A stretch of DNA of 64,000 bases from contig CM060733.1 of NCBI GenBank assembly GCA_030704615.1, positions 11,842,001 to 11,906,000 of the forward strand, read 5' to 3'. The notes below the pieces were generated by a model that was not told the origin of the DNA, did no database searches, and was given only the letters and a program-made list of their open reading frames with translations. Positions 1 to 12,200 of the stretch are shown here, piece by piece. Made by a program: the position numbers and the translations under genes. Within the stretch, counting starts at the first letter, position 1. Every line of letters begins with the position of its first letter. This DNA comes from Takakia lepidozioides (Eukaryota; Plantae; Bryophyta).

Positions 1-318
1 ACAGGGGTACAGGCACAATTCCCTTAATAGATTTGAAGAGAGCGTCTCTTTGGTGAGAGAACCCCGGACAGTGTATCAGAAAATCAATACTGTCTTCAGA
101 TTGCCCACACAACGGGCAATTGCACTCTCCCTTTCCTCTCTGCTTCTGTTTGATGTTCAAAGGTAGGCTTCCTGCCCTGAGTTTAAATTTCAGTCTAGTG
201 CCGAGAGTGGGTAGACCCTTGAGGTCATCCAAGATGTCCTCCCCCATGTCACAGACTGGAAACAAGTTCAGGGAAGTTTTTTGCCTAACTTCATTTTCAT
301 CAGACAATCTCATGGCAA
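1..318 (-). mobile_element. 5'-truncated non-LTR retrotransposon fragment (same family as 10838-11484)
   Basis: Near-identical to 11110-11427 (about 3 substitutions seen by eye). Minus strand encodes the [11 protein letters not shown]...CPLC Zn-knuckle-like C-terminus of ORF2. Confidence 0.85.
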
Positions 319-651
319 TCACTTCATCCCAAAGTCTTATGTGTTGTGGCCGTTCTTGGAGAGGGCAAGCAAGACTCCAAGTATTTCATAGTTTCTGAAG
401 TCTGAGCCTCTCTTTGGACAACAGCCCTACAATTCTGCTCAGTGTAATCGTCAGAAGGTACAACAATGTACTGTAAGTCTGGTCCACATTTGGAATTCTT
501 GGGTTGCTTGTGAATTGCATGAGCTCTGGGTTTCTCTTGATAGCTGCAGCCCCCCTCCCGGTACTTAAGTACCGTAATGCTTGGACCTCCGTAGTCTAGC
601 GTGCATGGTATTTTCACTCATTATTTTTGCTGGTGGGTGCTGGGATGACAG

Positions 652-921
652 TTTAAGGTGGGAGACCAAGTTCGGCTCCTTAACGTGATGTCCAAACGGA
701 CCAAGGTTGGATCGGGGATTATATGTTCTCTGTAAGGCTGCAAGGTAAGTGAGGGCTACCCTGATGTGCCAGCTGAGTATGCGGCTATATACATCAAAGA
801 GGCATCCATCACTAATGCTCTTTTACCATATCTCAACGATGTTAAGAAACATATTGTGTTGGGGGATGTGGTAGGAAGCACCACACTTTGGAGTTTGAAG
901 CTACTGAGACATGAGGTTTAA
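652..921 (+). pseudogene. CACTA TnpA/TNP1-like C-terminal domain remnant
   Basis: Manual translation FKVGDQVRLLNVMSKRTKVGSGIICSL*GCKVSEGYPDVPAEYAAIYIKEASITNALLPYLNDVKKHIVLGDVVGSTTLWSLKLLRHEV* fits the En/Spm TNP1-type pattern (V.L...VA.G...ALLP...LGD..G....W). One in-frame stop. Lies upstream of the CACTA end at 2113. Confidence 0.55.
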
Positions 922-1429
922 GAAGTTCTACTGCTTTGTTTTACTTCTAGCAGTATCTGTTCAATCTAGTTTTTTTTCCAGGTAAGTGCTTAGCGACATT
1001 GTGCTTGAACAATGAAGCATATAATGTGAATTTATATACAAAGACTAATTCGAACACCACATGAATGTGTGTGCTGTAATTGTGATGTTGTTGTTTCTAT
1101 GGATGGCATGTTTGATTGTAGTTGTCTTTCAGACTGTATGATATTGGTGCTTCTGTCAGTCTATGCAATGGGGTTGGTGGTAGAATCTTTCTTGGTCACA
1201 CTTTGCAATTGCTAGCAGGGTTGGGGGTCCACTCTTTGGTCATTGGAAGATTAATGCAGGCTCTCCTTCCCTGTAGAGGGGGTGTGTCTTGATATAGAGG
1301 GCCAATTGCTTTGCCAATTGCTATGCTTATGAGAGCTCCACATGGTTTGTTTATATTTCATATTAATTTATTTTAATTTACTATTTAAATTAGTCATTTG
1401 AAATTGAAAATATATAACAAATTTTAAAA

Positions 1430-2113
1430 TCTACATGACCTACACGTGTCATTCACACATACTCCAACAAGACCACATGACATCTGTAGTGTTGTAGTGA
1501 TATAGTCACACTTTTAGTAATGTAGTCATACATGTATTCAGGAAATGTGCCACGTGTCATCCTCAACGATGTACTGAGTAGTTATGTAGTCAATAGTGTA
1601 GTCACACAATGTAGTCATGTAGTCATAAAGTTACGCCTACATCACTATACTCCATCCCACGATTTGGACACGTGTCATAGTAGAGGGTTACGTATGTCAC
1701 GCAGACAACTGTCCATATGGGCGGACTTCTGTAGTAATGTAGTTATCATGGTAGTCATGACATGTAGTCGTGTAGTCGTGTAGTCCACTGTACCATATGG
1801 AGATGAATACACATGTCAAATCCCAAGGATCCCACGTGTCACGCACAAGCCTCTCCATGTAGGCGTAATGTTGTAGTGATGTAGTCATAACTTACAGTCG
1901 TGTAGTTATTTTTGTTATGACTACATCACCAAACCCTGCATCACTATTCCATGCCACGTCCTTAGTGACGACCATGGCTTCGCACTTATCACTCCGTAGT
2001 CATGGTAGAACTGACTTCGTGTTTGTCATTGTAGAGTGAGGTAGTCGTAAAAGCACTTATCACTGCAAATGCAGTGATATCCACAGTCGTAAATACGTTA
2101 ATCTGTACTAGTG
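1430..2113 (+). mobile_element. Right end of a CACTA (En/Spm) transposon with subterminal repeats
   Basis: Ends ...TGTACTAGTG at 2113 (reverse complement CACTAGTACA, same as the 24734 end). Many GTAGTCAT/ATGACTAC motifs and ACACGTGTC boxes upstream. Confidence 0.75.
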
Positions 2114-2956
2114 TTGGTAATGGTTTACAAAAATTGGCCCAGTGATGCCCGTGTTGATTGTAAGCTAGTTGAAGTAGGAAAGTTCAAGGACTTCTTGGAG
2201 GATGAGAGGACATCTAGTTGCTGAGAATGATGAGCAGATTGAGGAAGCAAGGTTGTTTGAGGATGACAAGTAAGGGTAAGCTTGTGAACTTCTAACTTAT
2301 TATTCTGCGTTTTGGCTCAATCTCCAACTTTGAATGTATTTGATTTTAATCTGGGATTGCTTTCTTGTAGGTGCTGGAGTACTTGTTGGCATGGAGTAGC
2401 TGCAGTGCTGGAGTTTGGGCTGCATCAACAGATTTGATAAGCTTTTTAAGTGTTGGTTGTTTATGTTGGATGTTGACCAATGCTTATATCCTGCATCCAC
2501 TTCACTTTTGCAGTCTAACTTGGGTGTTTTGTTCTCTTCACAGGTGCGGAGTTTCAGGACATGTCACACCACCATCTATCACTTGTGGTGGAGATTAGCT
2601 ATTGTACTTAGGCATCTCAAGAGTAGCCAACATACCTAGTCACTTGTAGATTAGCCAGTGTTTGAATTACCACAAATTTGCTTCTATTTTAGGATCCTCG
2701 ATTCCATTGCAATGTAAACACCGTATTGGCTAAAATTGTAAAAATGTACTTTTTGTTGGATTTTACAATAGCCTGGTGTTAACTTCTATAAAATCATTTG
2801 GTAAATATATGTTATTTTTCAAACATGATGTGTTAAATATTTCTCATATCATATAATCATAAAATGTGTGAATATTGCAATGTGAATATATGAAATGGCT
2901 ATGAATACACATTCGATCAACATATATCGATTTGTCCATATTCATCCATTCATCGA

Positions 2957-2957
2957 G

Positions 2958-2989
<32 letters not shown>

Positions 2990-3064
2990 CACATAAAATA
3001 ACTAAAACATACATTCATTAATCCATATTCATATATTTCTTGATATATATATATATATATATAT
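2957..3064. repeat. Two (TA)n microsatellites in an AT-rich tract
   Basis: TA runs at about 2957-2983 and 3043-3064. Confidence 0.9.
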
Positions 3065-4035
3065 AATAAAATATACATTCATTCAAATTAATTTTGAGAA
3101 ATCATAATAAAGGAACATACAAAGTGAGATACGAAAACAACACTTGTATATTGAATCATTGAATTTTACATCAAAACATGCTTTGATTTGGAATGTATAT
3201 GAGCATCATTACGCTAAATAATCCTACTCGTGTTCATCAACATCACTGGTATCTTCACTGTCATCACCATCATCACTGGGAACCCAATCTATGTATCCGA
3301 TTGTGGTATGCGTGCCAAACAATTTTGCAAGTAGGACCTTCTTATGTGTTGATTACGCTATCCAAATGTAACTTTTGCATATTTGGACTGCCCAATTTTA
3401 CGTCGTATGTCCTCTTTCTTTTTTCGATTGATCATCAAATAGGTATGCTTTGTTCGTGATCTTTTTAATCTATCCTCGAAAGTACTGAAAATAGATGATG
3501 TTGGAGTGTCATTGCTACTTGACTTGGATTATCTGACAAATTTGGCACCGTTGATTGTTTAAGATTGTCATTCTCTTCGTCTGATTTCCAATCGAAAACG
3601 GATAATGTCGGTGGACTTGGAACATACGGTTTTTGTCGTTTTGTTGTATCTCCTACATGGTCAGGGCAAACAAAGTCATCCAATAATAGCATGGGTTGAA
3701 GTGATGCTAATGTCAATTCCATTACAGTTGATCGTTAAAGCCTTTCATTTGGTTCGTAACTTTGCTCATGCTAGTATTGGTGAGGGCAGGAAATTGACAG
3801 TAAACCAAAGAGATTTTGGCATATTGTGTTTAGAGTAGATCATTTGATAAGGTTCACATATGCATAACTCAACGGTGTGCAGGTCAGAACAATAGTGTTT
3901 TTTTATGTGCTTTTATGGTTGCTGACCAAGATGTTACTGATACTATATGACATTGTTCCTTAAGTCCTAGCTTGATGGGCTGTTCCTCCTCATTGTTCAA
4001 GTTAGTCATTGATTTGATCTAGATGCAGTCATAAC

Positions 4036-4672
4036 CAGTGTTGGTCTGGTATTTGGGTTTCGTCGGGTATCAACCCGAGCATCAACCCGGGTCTCTCCTA
4101 ACCTAACCTACTGTTCTCTGTTCCCGTAAACATTTGTAGTACCAGAGCTCAACTCGTCGCTGCAGGTCTGTTCGGTATCATGTTAATATGCACATATAGA
4201 CATTATTGATGCGGGGTTTCATGTGTTAATGAGCGCCTCTTTTGGCAGTTTCGGCGGGGGTACTTTGTAATGTAGAATAGAGAATTAGGGCTAGGGGCAT
4301 ATACTAGCTGTTTTGATTATAACAATGACACTTTGATCTTCATTTGCGAGACACTATGGATGCAATTCTGATTCAGTGTATAATTGTATGGGGGTTGGTA
4401 TCCTATGAGATGAGCAGGTTTCCTTGTGGTTTTCTTGAATATTATTATTTTTTAATACCATATCCGAGTTCATATTTCTAGGTTATTGACATTCAGATAC
4501 TATTACTCATATCCGGATTGATTTTTTTTTTAAGCCACTCTATACATACCAGATTCATACTTGAAAAAATCAGGGGCTGCATTATTGGAAAACCTACCTG
4601 CCTTAAAAACATTCAGCATTGCATACCAGGACTCTTTTGGTATTACCAATTCAAGATACCAGACCAACATTG
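4036..4672. mobile_element. hAT-family MITE, 637 bp
   Basis: TIRs CAGTGTTGGTCTGGTAT...ATACCAGACCAACATTG. Perfect 8-bp TSD GTCATAAC at 4028-4035 and 4673-4680. Confidence 0.9.
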
Positions 4673-4904
4673 GTCATAACTATGCTTTTATCAATCGTGT
4701 GTAGTATCAAATCTTTGCATAGAAATTCCTTCTCGGACCTTCAGAAACTATGCCTACGAATCTTTACTTGTGTGTCCATTATCAAGCAAGAGCCAGTTGT
4801 GGCAGCAGCAGGAAGTAATCGTTAGAATTTTTTGTCCATTTCTCTGATCGCCCCTAGCAAGAGAAATTTCATAAGTTCATGACAATTCCTAATTTCACTT
4901 GCTT

Positions 4905-5150
4905 TGTATCTTTCTGAGATACAATTTTTTTAAATACTTTACCCGAAGTTCATATCAACAGGTATCAAAGTTTTCATACCATTGTTGATACTAGGTCTGC
5001 AAATGTGAAATGCTGGTATTATTCATACCTTACAAATACCAAAATCTGGGTTTTTTTAAATATTGCATACCTTTGTTTGGGACATCTCTAAATTTTTATA
5101 CTACCAGGACCCTCCTGGTATCTCCAAAACACGATACCAGACCAACATTG
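4905..5150. mobile_element. One end of a hAT MITE (family of the 18997-24886 element)
   Basis: Ends ATACCAGACCAACATTG at 5150. Reverse-complement match to about 18997-19240. Other end not found. Confidence 0.75.
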
Positions 5151-6877
5151 GTACATACTTTCATAATGAGCATTGTTGTCGTAAGCTTTGTTGACTTGCA
5201 CCCATTGTATAATGGCACACATGCCTCCTCAAGTGTGATTGGATACCCCCCACATGATTGCCTTCATGGTTCTCGTTGCTACCATCATCAACTATTCTCA
5301 CTCCTGTCCTTCCTCCTCTTCTGTCGTATCCATGATCACTTGAAAGTTTTGTGTAGCATCCTTTGAACCTCCACACCAGAATCAATTGCTGGTTCAGAAT
5401 GCTCCAAATTATCTGGATTAGCACTTGTTATTGGAACACTCATGGGCCCAGGGGCTGGTTTGCTATGTTCTATCATGTGTGTCCCATTTCTCGTCATCAA
5501 GATCCCGCGGTCCACTCCTTGTCCACACAGAGAATGTCAGATGACGACCATTCTGCAGTAGATGCATTCGAACAATTTTAAGTGTTCTTCTTCTTGCCCC
5601 AAAGCATCGATTTGCAGGGGCATGGCATTGAGAAAGCCCATATTCGTGAACACGGGCTACGTCACATTGTCAAAGCCTATTATCGCGGGCATCCTCTGCA
5701 GAGGTATCATGATTTCTAGCTGCTACAGTCGGGGTAGGGATATTCATACTGACATCAAATTCAAATATCATTGATATATATTGTTTATTGGACCACTTGA
5801 CTGTCACTACCAATTAAACAAATGTCTCACAATTAGACAAACTACTAATATTCCTACCCGGTAGTGAATGACTCTTTGAGCACACTGCCTAGTGAGTACA
5901 ATGACTTTGGACATATCAATGACTACAAGTAATTTATATTACTAGAATTATTTTATTTTATTGGGCACAGTCGCAAGAATGACTGCAAAAACCATCTATC
6001 TATAGTGCCTAACACTACAAGTAGCATATGTAGCATGTACTGTGCATTTGTGAATAAACTCCACGGTGAGCAAGCTGTGAGCTGATATCTCTTTCCCCCC
6101 AGATTGTACTACATGTAATTTCGGATAGCGAGTGTAGTGACATCATATTCACCGCTCGACATTTTGATTTTGTCTCGTCCGTTGGCATGTAGCCGGGTTT
6201 GCATTGGTGAATTAACCTTTCAACTCAAGCATCTTGCATTGGCATAGAGATGGCGGTGCCTCGTGTGCTTACTACGATCTTGGAACTTGCCTCGTATGCT
6301 TACAAGGATCTTTATGTAATTCACAACACCATCGTGAAGATGGAAACTGACATTACATGGCAGGATTTAGGGGAGTCAACGCCTAGTGTAGAAAGCCCGA
6401 TAAAACACGAGCAAAATGCAGGGGATCATCTAAGCTCTACATGTACTTCAAGCGACATGGACTCGCCTTCCACCAAATCTATTTTTGTATTATTTGTAGT
6501 AAAACAGCGTACACTACGGACTTGACAAAATAAACCACCTTTTTGGAACATATATTAGTCCATAGGAACCAAATGGAAATGGATTTTGCCACTTCAAATC
6601 CATATCTATGATGTTGACCACCTTATGTCCAAATTTCAATGGAATTGACCAATGGCACATAGGACTTCTTGAGTCCATTGTAATTCCGTTCACTGCGGAA
6701 ACAAGTCCACTGTATGGTCTTCAAAAGTCCATAACTTTGTCATTTCTCATCGGATTCATGATTGGAGAGTTGCTATGGGTGCATATTGCAGTTAAAAATC
6801 CAATGACGTATATATTTGCTGGTTTTAATGAATTAATTTAAAAAAAATGATAACACCATCAATTGCAGTCATCTAAA

Positions 6878-6878
6878 A

Positions 6879-6912
<34 letters not shown>

Positions 6913-6913
6913 G
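6878..6913. repeat. (GT)n(GA)n microsatellite
   Basis: Seen directly. Confidence 0.9.
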
Positions 6914-7274
6914 GTAATATAGCTTGAAACCATGCCAACCCTAAAATAGGCAGAGATGCACCACATGAGATTGAGGTTTTCGTTTTTTTGCCGAGGGCTT
7001 TGTTGGCAGGGGCACCAACTATGGGAGCTTCCGCACTCGTTTCCTCTAGCTCCATTCCGCCTCATCCCTCCCATAATCGCTTGTGTTCGAGGTAGTGGGT
7101 CCACAAGGTCGCGCGGGTCTACCATTGGCACTGCCTCCTTGTTCGCGTCCCACTCCTTCGCAAAGATATGGTAGGATCAAAACTAGTTTTCCTACGCGAT
7201 CGTCCCTCCTTGCCCTTCTTCCTATGCCTTAAACATACAAAGACTCAGTGAGGAGAGAGAGATTGCGAACAGAG

Positions 7275-7470
7275 AGGCACAGGAAGTGACACTCTCACCT
7301 CCCACTTCTCACTAGCTTTGTTATCTGCATGTTTTGCTCTAGTTCTATCCAATAAGAGCGTGATACTGTCTGTGGTCTCAAAACTGAGTTTTTGCAATGT
7401 CTCCGATCAATCTACCACAAACCTACACGGTCTATACAAATTATGTTGTATTTCTTTCCATCTGTGCATC
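7275..7470. repeat. Diverged direct copy of the PAO 3' flank/UTR (9043-9235)
   Basis: GCACAGGAAGTGACACTC...CAAATTATGTTG occurs at both loci. Confidence 0.85.
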
Positions 7471-8539
7471 ATTGCATGCTTAGAAATACATGTTTGAAAG
7501 CGATAGCAAGCATGAGAGCCTACTACTCACCTCAGACATCCTCACTAACCCACATTGGTTTGTGGTGCTTTTGGGGAAGGGTACCGGTGAGGGCTCCTCA
7601 TTTGTCATTTGTTCTTGAGCAATGCTATGTTTGTCACTTTTGGTTTTGCTTGTTGGTATCTAAGACAGTTTCTGGACAACAAGTGAATCTCCGTCAACAA
7701 TGGCCACTGTCGAGTTGTGATGGGAAGTAGCTCGTTACTTGTGCTCTACCAGAGATATCTGACCTAGTTTGATGATGGAATGAACCATACTATATGCTTT
7801 GGAATCCTAAATGCTGTAAAGCACTAGGGCTGTGAGATGATTTAACTTTGAACTCTAGACATGATTGTGTTTGGAGACTACTCTCCACTGAATATTGTTC
7901 AGCATATGAGACTGAGTTCATTTCTAAATATCTGTGTAAGCCTCCATGGCACATGACTTATAATTTAAAGATCAACCCTCTGTGGCAGCTTTTAGAAAAT
8001 TGATAACCGCCAATTTGTGGGTGTAAGTAATTGGCCTGTCAACATGAGGTAGGGTTGGTGGATCTCTATTGAGATCACTTGTCTTGAGATTTGTGACACT
8101 ACTTGCTGCTGGACAGACATAAACAGGAGCTGTTAAGCTACTTACCATATTGGATTATGCATTTTAAAGTACCCTATCTTCTGCAAACTGATTTTCAAAA
8201 GGTCCAATATTTGGCTAAGAAGGATTATTTCCTACTATCCTAGTCTGTGTTTTCAAGTTACTGAGCTTGTTGATGACCTAAAAGGTATAACTACTTTACC
8301 TTAGAAGGGTGCTATATTTATGTCTTTGCAGCCTGATTGTGTCAATAAAGTACAAACGAGCTCTTGTTGAAATGAGAAACGGAGTGTTGGCAATGAATGG
8401 ACAACCTCAACTACACAGTAGAGATGAGAAAACAATACACAAACCTTGAGTTTGAGACTGGTATGCACTCCCTTGAGGGGCAAGTGAATACCAGACTCGT
8501 TCTTCAAGGGACTGCCTTACCAGGGGATATGGTGGAGGG

Positions 8540-8558
8540 TCTCTCTCTCTAGCTCTAG

Positions 8559-8609
<51 letters not shown>
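8540..8609. repeat. (CT)n(CA)n microsatellite
   Basis: Seen directly. Confidence 0.9.
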
Positions 8610-8612
<3 letters not shown>

Positions 8613-9255
8613 TTGGGCTTTAGGTACTCTCTAGGATTATAAGTTATCAATGACCTGGGGGATAATATACCTAAGCAAAGAGTAGGTATAGGGCTATAAT
8701 CCAATTACTTCCCTAGCTAAGTAATACCCTATCAATCCTTTTTACTATTTTTGGACGGAAACCAAACAGAATGGTATCATTATGAATGCCATTCATTGGT
8801 CTATGCCACAAACCTAAGACCTGAGACTACTCTAGAGCTCGCAGTGATCGCCAGCAATTTCTATATCGAGGTCTTGATTACAACATAACTTCTACTGATA
8901 CCCGATTCCTACGGAGGAGGAGATACATGTGTAAGGTGCTGGCACTCTTAAGGGACAACAGTCTATCTATCTTATCTCCTCGGAAATCGCGGGCCTACCA
9001 TCACAGCGTGAGAGGGAAGGCATGGTCGTCTACCCATGTCAAGCACAGGAAGTGACACTCACACCTTCCACTTCACTAGCTTTGTTATCTGCATGTTTTG
9101 CTCTACTTCTATCCAGGGAGAGCGTGATACTGTGTGTGGTCTCGAAACTGTGCTTTTGCAATGTCTCAGACCAATCTACCACAAGCCTACAAGGTCTATA
9201 CAAATTATGTTGCATTTCCTTCCACCAGCATCTGTTGTGTACCTTTTGAATTGCA

Positions 9256-12200
9256 CTATGCATGCTCCTGAGAGCTCTTCTGCCCATTTTTCCCCTTGTT
9301 TTGAGAAGACCCTATACCTTCCCTGCAAGTTCCCTCTGCCTGACAATGCAGGACTGCATTTGCTGCATCGATACCTGCTCCACCGGTTACATGGTTAGTG
9401 TTTTTCTTGTCCAGCCACAGTGTTTAAAAGCTGCTTGTACGTGATCATCGTGAGTGACATATCAATTCTGCAAGAGGCCATATCTGCACTAGAGTGTCAT
9501 ACTCCTAATTCTGATATGAGAGAGACAGAAAGAAACCTCTTAATGTCCACAGGAAGCTCACAGAGAATTAAAGAAAGAAGGGAGAGAGAATTGAGGCATC
9601 AGACCTTGTCAACCCTTGCCATGTCACCATACCAGGATTCAAGTCACGTCATAGGTGATTTCAGTAGCTGTGCATGTCTTCATGTGTACTGAAGCCAAAA
9701 CAACAGCGCTTCAAAGAACGCGAAAAATGGCAGATTAAAATAAAGACAATGGACCAAGATTTACCAGAATAGTAAGCACCATGGACGTAGCCATTGTATT
9801 TTTCACTAGTGTGCTCCCCACTGAAGTAAAGCTTCCCAACTGGAGCCTGCAATGAGATAAAGAAGGAAATCTGCAAATTCAAGAAAAGAGTTTGGGTGCG
9901 GACTCGGGATATTGGACTATTTGCAAGTCCCTACATCTCCTTGGGATAACAAGCAGCGGTCGTTTCACAAAGCACCCATTAGAGATAGGCCTCAAATACA
10001 GATGACATTTCACACATCACCACACTGGACTCCCCCTGCCATTTTTAAACAATTTAGCATGGAAGTTCCTAATATCAGGCTAACAGCAGGATAAACTGAA
10101 TGGAGTCATTTCAAAATCATTCTCATACTATTGACATAGATACAGGTTCTGGTTACTTCCTGCAAAATCGAACAATATAGATGCTGACAGGCAAGGAGAT
10201 TGACAAACCTGGAGTTGTTGAAACTGGTGATGGTCAACACCAATCGGCCAATTAGAGAAAGTCCCACCAAAGAAGCGATTTTTCCACCACCTGGGCACCA
10301 GAATATCCTCCGCTTGTGGTATCTCACCAAACATCTTACGAAGCACCACCATAATCTCTGCTAGTGTTTGATTGTCTGGTTGCTGTTCAATCCTTCGTGA
10401 CTCATCATCTGTCACTGTCACAAAAATGATATTTGAACCTGGGTATTCATTCTCCAGATGCTGTGCACACCACTCACAGACCACCAATTTTGACAAACAA
10501 CATAATCAGAGCAAACCAAATAGCCATCAGAATAAACTACATTAAGAGAGATTGAACATTGTAGAGTAAAAAAACATGCGTTCGAATTACGAGATGCTTA
10601 TTTGGCACTCTCAGCTTGTGCCTATCAGTCTACACAAGTGTCTGAGCAGCCATGAGTCTCTTAAAACTCGTCTGTCACTAGTTGGCCTGGTTACTCTTTC
10701 CTCTCGTCTCCTCGGAGAAAGAAATGTTCATCCACAAATAGCCAACAAAAACCCATAACAAACCAAGAAGCTGAGACTGGAACCTAAGGGTAAGGTTCTA
10801 CAGGCATGTGCCTCTTTTTGTTAATAGCTGGGATATATTGTACTCATAAGACGTTGTTTGCCGTAGCCTTGTGGCCATTGACCCTGCGCCCAGTTTGAGC
10901 GGGAACAAAAGGGACAGAACCTACCTCTGTCAGGGGCTGACGTTGGTAGTAAGACTTACCTCCATATAAAAAATTAATCCGGGTTTTCCAGATATCCTCT
11001 ACAAATCCCTTCACACAAGCATCAATCTGCTGTGTGTGATTTGCCCAAAAACTAGGCCTCAGGAGGGCCTGGGCTTTTGGCTCAGCCTCGAGACTTTCAA
11101 AGTTGGTAAACAGGGGTACAGGCACAATTCCCTTAATAGATTTGAAGAGAGCGTCTCTTTGGTGAGAGAACCCCGGACAGTGTATCAGAAAATCAATACT
11201 GTCTTCAGATTGCCCACACAACGGGCAATTGCACTCTCCCTTTCCTCTCTGCTTCTGTTTGCTGTTCAAAGGTAGGCTTCCTGCCCTGAGTTTAAATTTC
11301 AGTCTAGTGCCGAGAGTGGGTAGACCCTTGAGGTCATCCAAGATGTCCTCCCCCATGTCACAGACTGGAAACAAGTTCAGGGAAGTTTTCTGCCTAACTT
11401 CATTTTCATCAGACAATCCCATGGCAACAGACATGGCTGAGGACACTACAGCCTCTAAGTCAGATTTATCCAGCAGGGTCAAGACTGGGATATAAAGGGA
11501 TTGTCAGTCTTTTGACAACCACTCAGTGCCATCTTTCAGTGATTTCCCCAACATCCTCTGCAGGATCCAACAGCGTAATCTCAAAATCATGCTCCTATTC
11601 ACAAATACAGGATAGATCACTACAGAAAAAGGAGTTAGATGTATAATTTCTGGCCACAATGAGGGCTCAGTAGCTAAAATTGTTGTGGAACAGCTAAAAC
11701 AAGGTTTGAGGCCTTTGCTTTAGACCTCCAAATGAGAGGAATAACTGCTTGGACAGCCTTTCTGCTCAAGTACAAAAGAAATTTTCGAGAATTTGTGAGA
11801 TAGTTGCATTTCTATTCACATACAATATCCATAATGTAGCCTTAAAGGCTCTGATATGCATACCTGCCAGACGGGATAGTAACCCCGTTGCTCATCGGCA
11901 TAATAAAAGAATTCAGTTCCAGGTCCTGTGGGCCAGAACTTGTACGGGAATTTAAGAAATATTTTTGTGTAGATAGCCATGTCGAACTGAAATATTGCTT
12001 TGAGCTTCCAGAACTGTATACAAAAGCACACACAAAAATTACATTATACAAGCAAAACTCTCATTTCTTCAGCCTTCCCGCCCTGAGTTTAAATTTCAGT
12101 CTAGTGCCGAGAGTGGGTAGACCCTTGAGGTCATCCATGATCTCCTCCCAATCCAGGGAGTGCCAATATACTTTGATCTTTGATGGATAGCCAAGGCTAG

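Noticed and set aside
3193-3900. His-rich ORF and possible decayed transposase tail
   Set aside because: CAT/CAC repeats explain the His run. The minus-strand similarity to a transposase is too weak to call.
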